A stretch of DNA of 64,000 nt from an uncultured Candidatus Saccharibacteria bacterium (GCA_964474825.1 CAYYWQ010000001.1:677609-741608), one strand, 5' to 3'; shown: positions 1 to 10,276, counted from the first letter of the stretch. Made by a program: numbers and translations. The notes: a model not told the origin generated them from the letters alone.

Positions 1-3000
1 AGTTCACCGTTCCCCCGCCCTGTAAAATCTGGGTCGGAGTTATAGACGAAATGTTGTAGCCCGGCGGAGGCGTGCAGACCAGAGTTTTGCTGCCTGCGTC
101 CTGGTTGGTCAAAATAGACGGCGCTGAAATGCTAACGCCGTTGAGAGTACAGAGTATTGTACGACTGTATCCGGATACGCTATTGTTAACCGTGCCGGTA
201 GTTGGCTGAGTGGGTTGAGTAGGCTGTGTAACTGTAGCCGTCCCACCCCCGCCGTAGAGCGTTGCAACTTCAGAAGCGGTGAGCGGCCGGCTGAACACAG
301 CGAAGTCGTCCAGAGAGCCGGCGAGGTTGATGCCGTAAGCGTTACCGTACCACGCGCCAATAATGAAATTGCCGAAGGAGTCGGCAACCGAAGGTGCAAT
401 GGCTGCGGAGTTGTCGAGAACGCCGTTAATGTAGCTCCTCATGGTAACACCGTCGTATGTAATGGCCACGTGGTGCCATGAGTTAAGCGGAATGGCCGTG
501 TTGCCATTGAAAATGGCCGTGTTTCCCCCGTCAACATAGGCACGGAGTTTTTGGTTCGCTAGGACTACAAATTCGTAATCTTTGTAGTTATTTGCGCCGA
601 GGTCCTTGTTGGTTGTGAAGATCTGGTGAAATTTAGCCTGACTCTGGTAGAGCCAGAAAATTATTGAGAAATTCTTGGCCGTAAAGGAAATGGGAGAGGT
701 CGGGATAATGTGGCTGCTTGAGCCGTTGAAGTTCGCGGCCTGTTCGAACTTGCCGGAACTGTAGGTGATGTTGGTGGGTGTTGCGTTGTTAGTCCCCTTG
801 CAGGTGTTCGTGTTGCCGTTGAAACTGTAGCAAACCATGAGACTGGGGTCTAAAGCAAGCGAGGTTTGGGAGAACGGGATGGGGCCGGAAACAACTGCCG
901 GAGCTACCGTAAAGGTAGCCGAAGCATTGGACCAGGCTCCGCTGTCGGTGTTGCGAAATTTTAGGTAGTGGTCGCCCGCGGCAAGTTGGACTTTTTGAAG
1001 GACCATACCGGAAGCAGTGACATTGGCGAGTAGGGAGTCAGGATGCCTGCAGCCGGCAGTACAAGCGCCGGTGTCAAACACCCAAGCCTGAATTTTTCCT
1101 AAAACAAAGTTGGTTGCGTTTGTAACCGTAATGTCAAACGGCGTGTTAGCAACCGGGTTAAGCGTTTGAATGTTTCCGGGGGTTGGCGTTGGAGGTTGCT
1201 GGGGCAATACTGAAGGCGGCTGGGCAATACCCGTACCTCCCCCACCACCATAAAGCATGGAAACCTCAGTGGAGGTTAACGGACGGTTGAAGATCGCAAG
1301 GTCATCCAGAGAACCGTTGAAGTTCGCGCCGTAAGCGTCATTAAAGAAAGCACCGACAATGCTGTTGCCGTAAGAGTCAGTTACGGAAGCCGGCACAGCA
1401 CCGGAGTTGTCCAAGACGCCGTCAACGTAGATCTTCATGGTCACGCCGTCGTAGGTAATGGCAACGTGGTGCCAAGTGTTGAGCGAAAGAACAGTGTTGC
1501 CGGTGAAGTACGCCGTGTCGGCGCCGTCAACGTAAACCCTGACTTTCTGAGAATCAATAAGGGCGAACTCGTAGCCCTTGTAGCGGTTGAGCAGTGTATC
1601 CTTGGCAGTTACCAAAATGTCCGCGTACTTGGCGAAGGTCTGGTAAGTCCACACCACAACTGAAAACTGCTTGCTAGGCAGGAACGAAATGGGAGTGGGA
1701 AGGGTGATGTGGCTGTTGCTGCCGTTAAAGCTAGCAGCTTGGCCATGTTTGCCTGCAACATAAGTAATGTTAGCAGGCACGCCGTTGTTGGTGCCCTTGC
1801 TGTCGTTGGTATTGTTGTTGAAGCTGGCGTACCACAACAAGCTCGATTCGGTAGCGAGTGAAGTGGAGGAAAGCGCCCCGGGTACAGAAGGTAGAACGGG
1901 GGCGTTAATTTGCACCGAGCAATTTGCAGTGGCAGCTTGTTTAGGACTGCCGCTGTCCGTTACCGTGAACGTTGCGCTGCCGAAACCGGCAGGCGTGGAA
2001 GTGGTTGTAGCATAGGTGGCGGTTGTGCCGCTACCGGAAACCACTTTGCCCCAAACCCCCGAAACCGCACCCGTGCCGCCCGTGTAACTGCCGGTAAAGA
2101 CAGTCGACTGCCCAGCAGTTATAACAGCCGGGTTGGCGGAGCAGGTGGGAATAAGCGTTGGCGGCGGCTGAAGTCCCGCTGCAGCAGTACGGACGACTGA
2201 GAGATCTTTAACGTGCAAGGTGTTGTCACCCTGCGACTCAATCTCCAAGTATAAGCCGTCCATTAAATCAGAAGCAACGGACCAGGTCGCACCACCGACT
2301 GACATGGACACTGTATTGTTAGTTTTGGTTATAGTTAGAAGTTTCCAGCCTCCGAAGTTACTAGCGGTTGAATTGATCGTCACCAAATTCGGAAAAGTTT
2401 CTACCGAATTCTTGACAGAATCTATGGTCAGAGCGAGGATGGTGGAGTCTTTTAATGCTTTCTTCAAGCTAAAGATAGACTTCCCACCACCAATGTTGGT
2501 GTTGATGAAAAATGTAATATCAACCGGCCCGACGAACACCCGCCGTGTTCTTAAGGTAACACTGCCGTTCACAGTAGCGGGATACATTCCCCCTCCTGAA
2601 AACAAGTAGGTGTGGGAATTAAACAGCAACACTCCTGCGCTTTGGATTGCCGTGGAGTTGCTGATTGTTGCGGAGTCACTGGTCTGCAACCAGTTACCCG
2701 TGTAATCCGCCGACCGAAAACTGTCCTTCAAGTAGCAGTTGGTATCGCCGCCGCATCCAGGGTCGGGAAGGGAGTCTTCCAGATGCTGGAAAATTTGCTT
2801 CTGGGTGTTGGAATTATCGGTCATGTAGGTCGGGAGTAGATGAGCCTTAACCGAATAACCAACATTGACGGCGTTCAATGCTGCGGCACCAAGTGACAAA
2901 CTCGGCACCACAACATATGTGGTAATACAAGACAGCAAGCTGTCTCGAACATTCCAAGGCATGGCGGACTCCGGAACCCGAACAAAAGCCGGAGCGAAGT

Positions 3001-3670
3001 GAATGAAGTCATTGCAGTGCGTGGTATACTTTTGCCGACCGTCAGCCACATTGTTGGCTGGAGTTGCAATACCGACCACGGAAAGGTAGTTGGCGTTGGG
3101 TAACTGTTTACTCTTTCCGTCCGCGTTGCGGAGACGGATACCATATTCCAAGTTAGCGTAAAAGTTTCCCTGGCTGTGACCAACAAGAACAACGTAGTAA
3201 CCCTTGCTCCAAAAGTCCAACACGACTTGATCTAAGGTTGCCAGATCAGAATCGGCTTTGAACTGATCATCCTGGAATCCCAAGGCCGCTGCCATAAAAG
3301 ATTTATGGGCTTGGGACTGTTGGTTAAGCAGGTTAAGATCGTTGAGATACTTGTCGACCTCCTGCATACCAATTTGGTCAATTGCCTGATTGATGTCGCC
3401 TCTGCCAAGCAGAGTCTTGAGCAGGCCGGAACTTTGGTTGTGGACCGCTTTAAATTCCACGCAAGAGGAACTTAGACCAGGGTTAGAGGCCATAAACCTT
3501 GCTTTGATCTGGTCAACAAAGTCTTGCCATATTTTACTATCCGGTACCAAAATCCCATTGGCCCAAACAAATGCAGTCTTGCCGTAGGGGCAATCCTGCG
3601 CCAAAACCAGGCCACTGGACGAAACCAGCAACCAAAACAAAAACAAAATACGGCCTAAGCCGCTTTTCAT
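1..3670 (-). CDS. Large secreted multidomain protein, 5' part only (C-terminus beyond window edge). Contains a signal peptide, a lipase-like alpha/beta-hydrolase domain, a Thr/Gly-rich Ig-like linker and two tandem LamG-type (concanavalin A-like, Laminin_G_3-like) jelly-roll domains.
   Basis: The minus-strand frame is open from ATG at 3668-3670 (AGGAG-like RBS ~9 nt upstream) to position 1 with no stop. It is missing from the ORF track because the stop is outside the window. Features read from my translation: N-terminal MKSGLGRILFLFWLLVSSSGLVLAQ signal; nucleophile-elbow motif VLVGHSQGNFYANLEY; two diverged repeats each ending ...WHHVAITYDGVTM(K/R).Y(V/I)(D/N)GVLDNS....GSLDD(L/F)A(I/V)F(N/S)RPLT..EV..LYGGGG, the hallmark C-terminal strands of LamG_3 domains. 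The region is visibly more GC-rich than its neighbours. Confidence 0.8.
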   Translation of the reverse strand, partial: MKSGLGRILFLFWLLVSSSGLVLAQDCPYGKTAFVWANGILVPDSKIWQDFVDQIKARFMASNPGLSSSCVEFKAVHNQSSGLLKTLLGRGDINQAIDQIGMQEVDKYLNDLNLLNQQSQAHKSFMAAALGFQDDQFKADSDLATLDQVVLDFWSKGYYVVLVGHSQGNFYANLEYGIRLRNADGKSKQLPNANYLSVVGIATPANNVADGRQKYTTHCNDFIHFAPAFVRVPESAMPWNVRDSLLSCITTYVVVPSLSLGAAALNAVNVGYSVKAHLLPTYMTDNSNTQKQIFQHLEDSLPDPGCGGDTNCYLKDSFRSADYTGNWLQTSDSATISNSTAIQSAGVLLFNSHTYLFSGGGMYPATVNGSVTLRTRRVFVGPVDITFFINTNIGGGKSIFSLKKALKDSTILALTIDSVKNSVETFPNLVTINSTASNFGGWKLLTITKTNNTVSMSVGGATWSVASDLMDGLYLEIESQGDNTLHVKDLSVVRTAAAGLQPPPTLIPTCSANPAVITAGQSTVFTGSYTGGTGAVSGVWGKVVSGSGTTATYATTTSTPAGFGSATFTVTDSGSPKQAATANCSVQINAPVLPSVPGALSSTSLATESSLLWYASFNNNTNDSKGTNNGVPANITYVAGKHGQAASFNGSNSHITLPTPISFLPSKQFSVVVWTYQTFAKYADILVTAKDTLLNRYKGYEFALIDSQKVRVYVDGADTAYFTGNTVLSLNTWHHVAITYDGVTMKIYVDGVLDNSGAVPASVTDSYGNSIVGAFFNDAYGANFNGSLDDLAIFNRPLTSTEVSMLYGGGGGTGIAQPPSVLPQQPPTPTPGNIQTLNPVANTPFDITVTNATNFVLGKIQAWVFDTGACTAGCRHPDSLLANVTASGMVLQKVQLAAGDHYLKFRNTDSGAWSNASATFTVAPAVVSGPIPFSQTSLALDPSLMVCYSFNGNTNTCKGTNNATPTNITYSSGKFEQAANFNGSSSHIIPTSPISFTAKNFSIIFWLYQSQAKFHQIFTTNKDLGANNYKDYEFVVLANQKLRAYVDGGNTAIFNGNTAIPLNSWHHVAITYDGVTMRSYINGVLDNSAAIAPSVADSFGNFIIGAWYGNAYGINLAGSLDDFAVFSRPLTASEVATLYGGGGTATVTQPTQPTQPTTGTVNNSVSGYSRTILCTLNGVSISAPSILTNQDAGSKTLVCTPPPGYNISSITPTQILQGGGTVN

Positions 3671-3817
3671 ACTTGTACACTCCTGAAATTCAGATTTGGA
3701 AAACAAAAACACAGACAGTATTAAGAACGCCTGCCTAAATGACTACCCAATGTTTCTCTTTCCCCTCCCGGTTACCAAAAATTATTGATAACCAGTATGA
3801 GGAAAGAGAAAATTTAT

Positions 3818-4648
3818 TTAATATTGATCTTTCACATTCTCACAGGAATAAATCGAACCTACGGGAGTGATATATGGTTTACCTTTGGTATCATTATCTT
3901 CAAATACTTTTTTTCGTTCTGGGGTATTTTTGACCATATACCATAGCTTGTCACTATTTGAATAATCCCTAAGACCTGTACCAAAAACAAGGTGATTGTA
4001 ACAGTCCTGAAAAGTAAACACTGAAACCATTAATTCTTTATAATGTTCATGGTCTCCTGTAGTGGTTATAACATCCTGTTCTTTTTTCACCATAGCCCTT
4101 AGCACTCTCCGTACTTCGTCGTTTCCCGGATACATAAAAACAATTTCTCTTTGCAAATCATCTCTTACTCCATCGTTGTCCGAGTCTATGCCCGCAAGAG
4201 TTGCCTTACCGGCCTCACCAGGATCGGGCGGAAGAGTAATTGAGGTATCCGTAATAGCAAACCTTACTACCGTCGCAGTTTTAAGGCCATTTACATATAG
4301 GCTAAAAGTGATGGTCTGGGGCTTCTTTAACAATTCTGGAGAAACTTGATAGCTTCCGGTAAAACCACCCTCAGTTTGTCTATCTAATAACACCTTTGAA
4401 CTCGAGGTTGTGGTAGCCAAAGATTTCAGAAAGGCACCCCATACAGGTAAACTGCTTTTAATCTTTAAGTTAAAGCTTAAAAGCGTTTGGCTCTTTGTAG
4501 TTGAGACTAAGACAGCCTCTGGACTAACCGTGGCGGAAATTACTTGTGGGGTCTGACTAAGAAAAACCAAACCTAACAATATTACTATTCCCACTGGGAC
4601 TGCCCACTTTAAATGGAATTTAAGCTTTGGTGTCATATTAATACACAA
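3818..4648 (-). CDS. Hypothetical secreted/membrane-anchored protein (N-terminal hydrophobic segment). The start may be the internal Met of MTPKLKF...
   Basis: 276-aa ORF; N-terminal KWAVPVGIVILLGLVFLS hydrophobic stretch; no recognisable catalytic motifs. Confidence 0.5.
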   Translation of the reverse strand: MCINMTPKLKFHLKWAVPVGIVILLGLVFLSQTPQVISATVSPEAVLVSTTKSQTLLSFNLKIKSSLPVWGAFLKSLATTTSSSKVLLDRQTEGGFTGSYQVSPELLKKPQTITFSLYVNGLKTATVVRFAITDTSITLPPDPGEAGKATLAGIDSDNDGVRDDLQREIVFMYPGNDEVRRVLRAMVKKEQDVITTTGDHEHYKELMVSVFTFQDCYNHLVFGTGLRDYSNSDKLWYMVKNTPERKKVFEDNDTKGKPYITPVGSIYSCENVKDQY

Positions 4649-4885
4649 TTAATTTGTTCTCTATATTATACTCTATTTCTGAATTTCGAGAACACTAAAA
4701 ACACTAAAATTTACAGTATCGCATTATGCCTCCTGGGCATTGTTAAAGTACTGTCCATAAGGTAAATTTAGGCTCAACAACATTGTTGTCAATATTAAAC
4801 AAGGCTTACTCTTGTGTTTATTTGTATATTGGTGTAATCTGTTGTCATACTCTAACAGTAAAATCATTATTAAATAATAACCTTT

Positions 4886-5659
4886 ATGGACAGTGTGTTA
4901 GTTAAACAGCTCAAAAACTTCGGACTTTCAGAAAAAGAGTCAAAAATCTACCTTGCTTTGCTGGAATTAGAAATGGCAACCGTATTTGAAGTTGCCAAAC
5001 AGTCAGGCATAAACCGCAGTTCCGCTTACGTGGTTTTAGAGGCCTTAAAGAAAAAAGGATTTGTAGGAATATCTGACGACAAAAAAGTCCGTAAATATAT
5101 TGCAGCTTCCCCGGAAACTCTTCTCCATGCAGCAAAAGCCGCTGCCAAAAAACAGGAAGATACAAAAGAAGGAATTGAATCTATTCTTCCAGAACTAAAG
5201 GCACTGCACAAGTCTACGAAACATAGACCTATAGTAAAAATATTTGAGGGGGAAAGTGGAGCAAGGGAAGTATATTGGGATGTTTTATCAACAAAAACAA
5301 AAAAAATAAAAGTTTTTGCAAACCCCGATAATATATTTAAAAGAATTCCGGATTTTTTAGATTACGATAAAGAAAGAAGTGAGAAAAAAATTAAAATGTT
5401 TGCAATAAGCCCAGCGACCAAAGGAGTGGTAAACATATATAAATACACCCCACCACATCAACCCTATGAAGCTGCTTTAATTCCTGAAAGTAAATTTAAA
5501 TTCACATCGGACATTGGAATATATGAAAATAAAGTCTCTTTTGTTTCTCCAGAGGACAACTTTGGGATAATTATAGAAAGTCAAGAGATTGCGGACATGC
5601 TCGGAAACAGCTTTGATTTGGCATGGGAAGAAGCAAAAAGACTGGATAATAGAACGTAA
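4886..5659 (+). CDS. TrmB-family HTH transcriptional regulator
   Basis: The N-terminus LKNFGLSEKESKIYLALLELEMATVFEVAKQSGINRSSAYVVLEAL matches the TrmB wHTH signature. It lies immediately upstream of, and in the same orientation as, the 7-gene operon. Confidence 0.75.
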   Translation: MDSVLVKQLKNFGLSEKESKIYLALLELEMATVFEVAKQSGINRSSAYVVLEALKKKGFVGISDDKKVRKYIAASPETLLHAAKAAAKKQEDTKEGIESILPELKALHKSTKHRPIVKIFEGESGAREVYWDVLSTKTKKIKVFANPDNIFKRIPDFLDYDKERSEKKIKMFAISPATKGVVNIYKYTPPHQPYEAALIPESKFKFTSDIGIYENKVSFVSPEDNFGIIIESQEIADMLGNSFDLAWEEAKRLDNRT

Positions 5660-5815
5660 ATAGTTCTGCATCTCATATACTTTAAGTTTTTAAAGTCTTA
5701 TGATGAGCTTTCTTTTCTCTACTATATTTTAAAATGTGTATATTTAAAAAGCACAAAAGTTAAAAATGTGTTATAATTATACAGACTTTCTTACATAAAG
5801 AAACAAAAAAACGTA

Positions 5816-6829
5816 ATGCGGCCAATAATTTCATTTCCAGATATTGAAGGCTTAAATCGCCTTTCAAAAACTGAAAAAATCAATCTTTTATTGACTGCTG
5901 CCTCTTTAGCTCCTTCCACAATCAACACCCAACCCTGGCTATTCAAGATCGAAGGCAATAGAATAGAATTATTTCTAAACCCTTCCCGCCATCTTCCGGT
6001 TTCTGACTCAAGTGGAAGACAAGCCTATATTAGCCTTGGGGCATGTTGGGCTAATTTAGAGTTACTTGCCCAAAGCTATGGACTAAAATACAGGACCGAA
6101 CAACCAACTAAAATTGCAATAAATAAAGCGGTTGCAAGTTTTATTATTGAAGACTTTAAATCCAGTAACGATGACTCCGAAACTAGGGAGGCGATAATTC
6201 AAAGGCATACCAACAGATTCCCGTTTGAAAAAAAACCCCTTCCTTTAAATTTTGTTCAAAAAATAAAACTGACATCCTCGCCTACTCTTACCCTACATTT
6301 AGCAGAAGATGGGGAAACAAAAAATGAAATAACCCCTATAGTTCTTGATTCGGTATTTGAAATGTTCTCCAAAAAAGACTGGTCTAAAGAATTATCACAT
6401 TGGGTAAAACCCGGCTTAAAAAAATACGAGGACGGTATGCCTGGTTATTATTTAGGAGTTCCCCTGCCAATTTCTTTCCTAATGCCCTTAGTCTTAAAAT
6501 ATGGCTCAGTTGCTAAAATGCAACTACAAACTCATAAAAAAATGCTTAGTTGGGTAGGTGCATACGGAGTCATTACTGCTTCAGAGAATAATCCCTTAAC
6601 TTGGTTTTTAACTGGGGAAATGTTTGAAAAAATTGCTATAGAAGCGCAAAAAAATAACATTAAGGTTGGAATACTAACAGCACCCACCGAAATAGAAACT
6701 TATAGCCAAAAACTAAAAAAAATCTTAGGGACGTCAAATACTCTACAAATGTTTTTCCGCTTAGGCTTTACTGAAAAAACCCCCATTTTCAGTCCTCGCT
6801 TACCAATAAACAAAATAATTAAAGTATGA
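5816..6829 (+). CDS. Nitroreductase-superfamily protein (double-domain Acg/SagB-like size class)
   Basis: Has LAPSTINTQPW (nitroreductase NxQPW motif) and RHTNRFPFE (RxxxRxF FMN-site motif). At 337 aa it is larger than simple NfsB-type enzymes. Confidence 0.7.
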   Translation: MRPIISFPDIEGLNRLSKTEKINLLLTAASLAPSTINTQPWLFKIEGNRIELFLNPSRHLPVSDSSGRQAYISLGACWANLELLAQSYGLKYRTEQPTKIAINKAVASFIIEDFKSSNDDSETREAIIQRHTNRFPFEKKPLPLNFVQKIKLTSSPTLTLHLAEDGETKNEITPIVLDSVFEMFSKKDWSKELSHWVKPGLKKYEDGMPGYYLGVPLPISFLMPLVLKYGSVAKMQLQTHKKMLSWVGAYGVITASENNPLTWFLTGEMFEKIAIEAQKNNIKVGILTAPTEIETYSQKLKKILGTSNTLQMFFRLGFTEKTPIFSPRLPINKIIKV

Positions 6830-7869
6830 ACGGTTCAAAAATTTTACTTAAGGACTTTGACAATCATCGCCTAGTAACTTTCATTTACGACCCCCAATCT
6901 AAGCTACAGGGATTTATTGCTATACATAGAGGCAACGGCAGCAATGTCCCCTCTTTTGGTGCCACAAGATTTGTTTCTTATAACACTCTCACAGATGGCC
7001 TACATGACGCTTTGCGATTATCCCGCTTAATGTCCTATAAGGCTGCAATGGCTGGCTTAAAATATGGAGGAGCAAAAGGAGTAATTCTTATTCCCCAAGT
7101 CCCACATAATAAAAAACAAATTTTACAGGCATACTGCAAAAAAATAAACTACCTTAACGGCCATTTTATTACCGGTGCCGACGTAGGCATTAACGGTTCC
7201 GAGGTAGGAACAATGAGGAAATATAGTAATTTTATTGTTGGTGTAAAAGTTGATCCAGTCAAATATACAGTTTTAGGCATTTTGTACGGCTTACAAGTTT
7301 CACTACAAGAAGTCTTTGGAAACTCAGACATTCAAGAAAAAACATTCTCCATTCTGGGGGTAGGAAAAATTGGCACGGGTATTTTAAAATCAATATATGG
7401 GCAGGCAAAAAAAATCTATATTTCCGACATAGACCAACAACAAATTAAAAAAATTAAGCACGCCTTTCCCAAAATAACGATTCTTTCCCCGCAAGAAATT
7501 TTCAAACAAAAAGTGAATGTGTTTATGCCCTGCGCATTAGGCAACGCATTAAATACTAAAACAATATCAAAACTTAGGTCGGATATAATTTTAGGAGGGG
7601 CAAATAATCAATTAACGAACAGCACTGTTGGGGAATTATTATTTAAACTTGGTATTCTATATGCCCCAGATTATGTTGTAAATGCAGGCGGTTTGATTTC
7701 AGTTGTGGACGAATATGAGAACAAAAATATAGTGGAAACTAGAATTGAAAAACGGCTAAGTAATATTAAGACAGCACTTCGTTCTATTTTTAAACAAAGC
7801 ATGGCAACCGGCATAGCTACAAATATGGTTGCAGATAAAATGGCAGAAAAAATTTTTAACAATCATTAA
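6826..7869 (+). CDS. Glu/Leu/Phe/Val-type amino-acid dehydrogenase family protein (Leu/Phe/Val dehydrogenase-like)
   Basis: PSFGATRFVSY...ALRLSRLMSYKAAMAGLKYGGAKGVI matches the catalytic Lys/Gly-rich region of LeuDH/PheDH. ILGVGKIGTG forms a GxGxxG NAD(P)-binding site. The start overlaps the upstream gene by 4 nt. Confidence 0.75.
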   Translation: MNGSKILLKDFDNHRLVTFIYDPQSKLQGFIAIHRGNGSNVPSFGATRFVSYNTLTDGLHDALRLSRLMSYKAAMAGLKYGGAKGVILIPQVPHNKKQILQAYCKKINYLNGHFITGADVGINGSEVGTMRKYSNFIVGVKVDPVKYTVLGILYGLQVSLQEVFGNSDIQEKTFSILGVGKIGTGILKSIYGQAKKIYISDIDQQQIKKIKHAFPKITILSPQEIFKQKVNVFMPCALGNALNTKTISKLRSDIILGGANNQLTNSTVGELLFKLGILYAPDYVVNAGGLISVVDEYENKNIVETRIEKRLSNIKTALRSIFKQSMATGIATNMVADKMAEKIFNNH

Positions 7870-7888
7870 TAATTAAGAAATAATCTTT

Positions 7889-8704
7889 ATGCAAGCTAGT
7901 GCCGAGAACACAAAAACAAAAGAATGGTGGGAGAGTGAAGGAGGTTTCTTTGGAGACCTCTATAGGCAGGCAGATAATTCTCAAGAAGGCCACCTAAACT
8001 CACCTCAAGACTTGTTAGCCAGAACGGAAAAAGAAGTTAACGGAGTTATAAAATTATGCACCTTAAACCCAGGTGGTGCCGTTATGGACTGCCCATGTGG
8101 TTACGGCAGACACTCTTTAGCCTTGGCACAAAAAGGTTTTCAAGTAACTGGAGTCGACATTAATAAAACTTTTCTCAAACACGACAGGGAAGAACTTGAA
8201 AAAGCCAAGCTTGCCAATTGTCAGTTTGTCGAAAAAGACATGAGGCAAGTGGACTTTAACAATCAATTTAATGCTGTAATAAATATGTTCTACTCTTTTG
8301 GATTTTTCGAAACAGAAGAGGAAAATTTAAAAGTCGCAGCGAATTTTTATAACGCTCTAAAACCAGGTGGAAGGTTTTTAATGCATACGCATATCACTCT
8401 TCCAAAAATCTTAAATGGTGATTACAAAACCCATGAAATCAGAACCCTACGAGACGGAAAGAAGCTAGAATTATTCCGCACATACAACACCCAAACCAAA
8501 AGAGAAGATGGAGAATGGTTTATTTTACATGAGGATGGCAAAAAAGATTCTCTTACCCCCTACTCCGTACGGATTTACAGCCTGGAAGAATATACTGATT
8601 TATGTAAAAAGGCTGGTTTTAAAGAAGTGTTAGCTTATGGAGACTGGTCCGGTACGCCGTACACCGATAAATCTCCAGAATTAATTGCAGTTGCCGTAAA
8701 ATGA
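7889..8704 (+). CDS. Class I SAM-dependent methyltransferase
   Basis: VMDCPCGYGRHSLALAQKGFQVTGVDIN (motif I, DxGxGxG-like) and a downstream acidic motif II. Confidence 0.75.
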   Translation: MQASAENTKTKEWWESEGGFFGDLYRQADNSQEGHLNSPQDLLARTEKEVNGVIKLCTLNPGGAVMDCPCGYGRHSLALAQKGFQVTGVDINKTFLKHDREELEKAKLANCQFVEKDMRQVDFNNQFNAVINMFYSFGFFETEEENLKVAANFYNALKPGGRFLMHTHITLPKILNGDYKTHEIRTLRDGKKLELFRTYNTQTKREDGEWFILHEDGKKDSLTPYSVRIYSLEEYTDLCKKAGFKEVLAYGDWSGTPYTDKSPELIAVAVK

Positions 8705-10272
8705 CTGTAAAAAATTCTTTATTCTCTGGAGCCTTACCGTTTCCCAATTCTGTGGAGTGGAAATCTTTTTATTCTGCGGATTTAAAAACGATGGTCAAAA
8801 AGTTTATAACTTTCTCCCCAAACGTTTTTGAAAAAATGGGAGAGCAAATGGCCTTTAATCTTTTTCACAACATGGCCAAGCGAGTCCCAGCTTATAAAGA
8901 TTACCTGAAGAGTAATAAGATTAACTCGCAAAAAATTAAAACGTTCTCCGATTTAAGATTTATACCGTGGATAGACAAAGAAAATTACCTTAAAAAATAT
9001 CCTCTAAAAGACTTATGCTGGGACGGTAAATTAACAGCGCCAATAATTTCAGCAAGTTCTGGCTCTTCCGGCCAACCATTTTTTTGGCCTAGGTCCTCAG
9101 CAATAGAAAAAGAAACCTCCTACATATACGAATTATTTTTACGTTTTTTGTTTGATATAGGCAAAGTACCCACTTTGTTAATAAACGGTTTTTCTATGGG
9201 TATATACATTGGGGGCACGTTCACTCTTAACTGTTCAATGAGGCTTCATCAGAAAGGTTATCCTTTAACAATAATGACCCCCGGTATCCATCAGGAAGAA
9301 ATTCTAAAAATTGTAGAAAAAATTGGTGGAAACTATGGGCAGATAATACTGGGTGGTTATCCTCCTTTTATTAGGGACATTTTAGATGCAGGCGAAAAAA
9401 GAGGTATTAACTGGAAAAAGAAAAATATAAAATTTATATTTGCTTCGGAATCCTTAAGCGAAGAATTTCGCTCTTACCTTTATTCCAAAGTTGGTATCTC
9501 TAACTCTTCATATTTGACTTCTTCAATGAACCTTTACGGAACCGCCGACGCCGCAGTTGCCGGTCACGAAATGCCCTTGAGCATACTTATTCGCAAGCTT
9601 TTTAGTAAAAACGCAGAACGTACCCAAGATTTCTTCTCCAAGACCTACGTGCCTTCTTTGAACCAATATTATCCATTTTTTAAATATTTCCAGACTGAAA
9701 ACGGTGAGTTAATTTTTTCCACTTCCCATAATGAAATTCCATTACTAAAATATAACATCCATGACAGGGGTAACATAATTTCATATGAAAATATGCTGGA
9801 GATAGCTAGGTCCTTTGGTTATAACACCAATGATTTAAACAAATTAGTTGGCAAACAATTGCTCTGGCGTTTACCATATGTTTATCTTTACGGCCGGAGC
9901 GATTTCACTACAACTCTTTACGGTTTAAATATCTACCCTGAAAATATAAAGGCCGCACTGGAAACTCCTGCGATCCGCCATCTCTGCAGCGGAAAGTTTG
10001 TTATGGAAACAAAAAATCGTGCAAAGACTCAAAAGCAGTATCTGGCGGTTCGTGTAGAACTCGCAAGTGGAATAAAGCCCTCTAAGTCTTTAGAGCGCAA
10101 ATTCCAGCAAGTAATTGTAACTACTTTACGCAAAAAAAATTCCGAATTTAACCACTTATTTCATTCAATAAAAAACCAAGCCCTGCCTGACATAAGCTTG
10201 AATATTAAAGGCGAAGGCGTTTACTTTAAACCCAGCATCAAACAACAATGGGTCAATAAAATCAAATCTTGA
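8701..10272 (+). CDS. Adenylate-forming enzyme of the phenylacetate-CoA ligase (PaaK) / coenzyme F390 synthetase / CapK-like family
   Basis: ISASSGSSGQPFFWPRS matches the P-loop-like AMP-binding motif (T/S-SG-T/S-xGxP). LYGTADAAVAG matches the core motif. The ~520-aa size is consistent with the ANL-superfamily PaaK-like subgroup. Overlaps the upstream gene by 4 nt. Confidence 0.6.
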   Translation: MTVKNSLFSGALPFPNSVEWKSFYSADLKTMVKKFITFSPNVFEKMGEQMAFNLFHNMAKRVPAYKDYLKSNKINSQKIKTFSDLRFIPWIDKENYLKKYPLKDLCWDGKLTAPIISASSGSSGQPFFWPRSSAIEKETSYIYELFLRFLFDIGKVPTLLINGFSMGIYIGGTFTLNCSMRLHQKGYPLTIMTPGIHQEEILKIVEKIGGNYGQIILGGYPPFIRDILDAGEKRGINWKKKNIKFIFASESLSEEFRSYLYSKVGISNSSYLTSSMNLYGTADAAVAGHEMPLSILIRKLFSKNAERTQDFFSKTYVPSLNQYYPFFKYFQTENGELIFSTSHNEIPLLKYNIHDRGNIISYENMLEIARSFGYNTNDLNKLVGKQLLWRLPYVYLYGRSDFTTTLYGLNIYPENIKAALETPAIRHLCSGKFVMETKNRAKTQKQYLAVRVELASGIKPSKSLERKFQQVIVTTLRKKNSEFNHLFHSIKNQALPDISLNIKGEGVYFKPSIKQQWVNKIKS

Positions 10273-10276
10273 AGCC

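Noticed and set aside
215-2200. Plus-strand ORFs in the track (215..481, 1466..1663, 1767..2015, 1910..2200, 2220..2609 and others)
   Set aside because: They lie antisense to, or in alternative frames of, the uninterrupted >3.6-kb minus-strand gene. Their products are low-complexity and lack start contexts.
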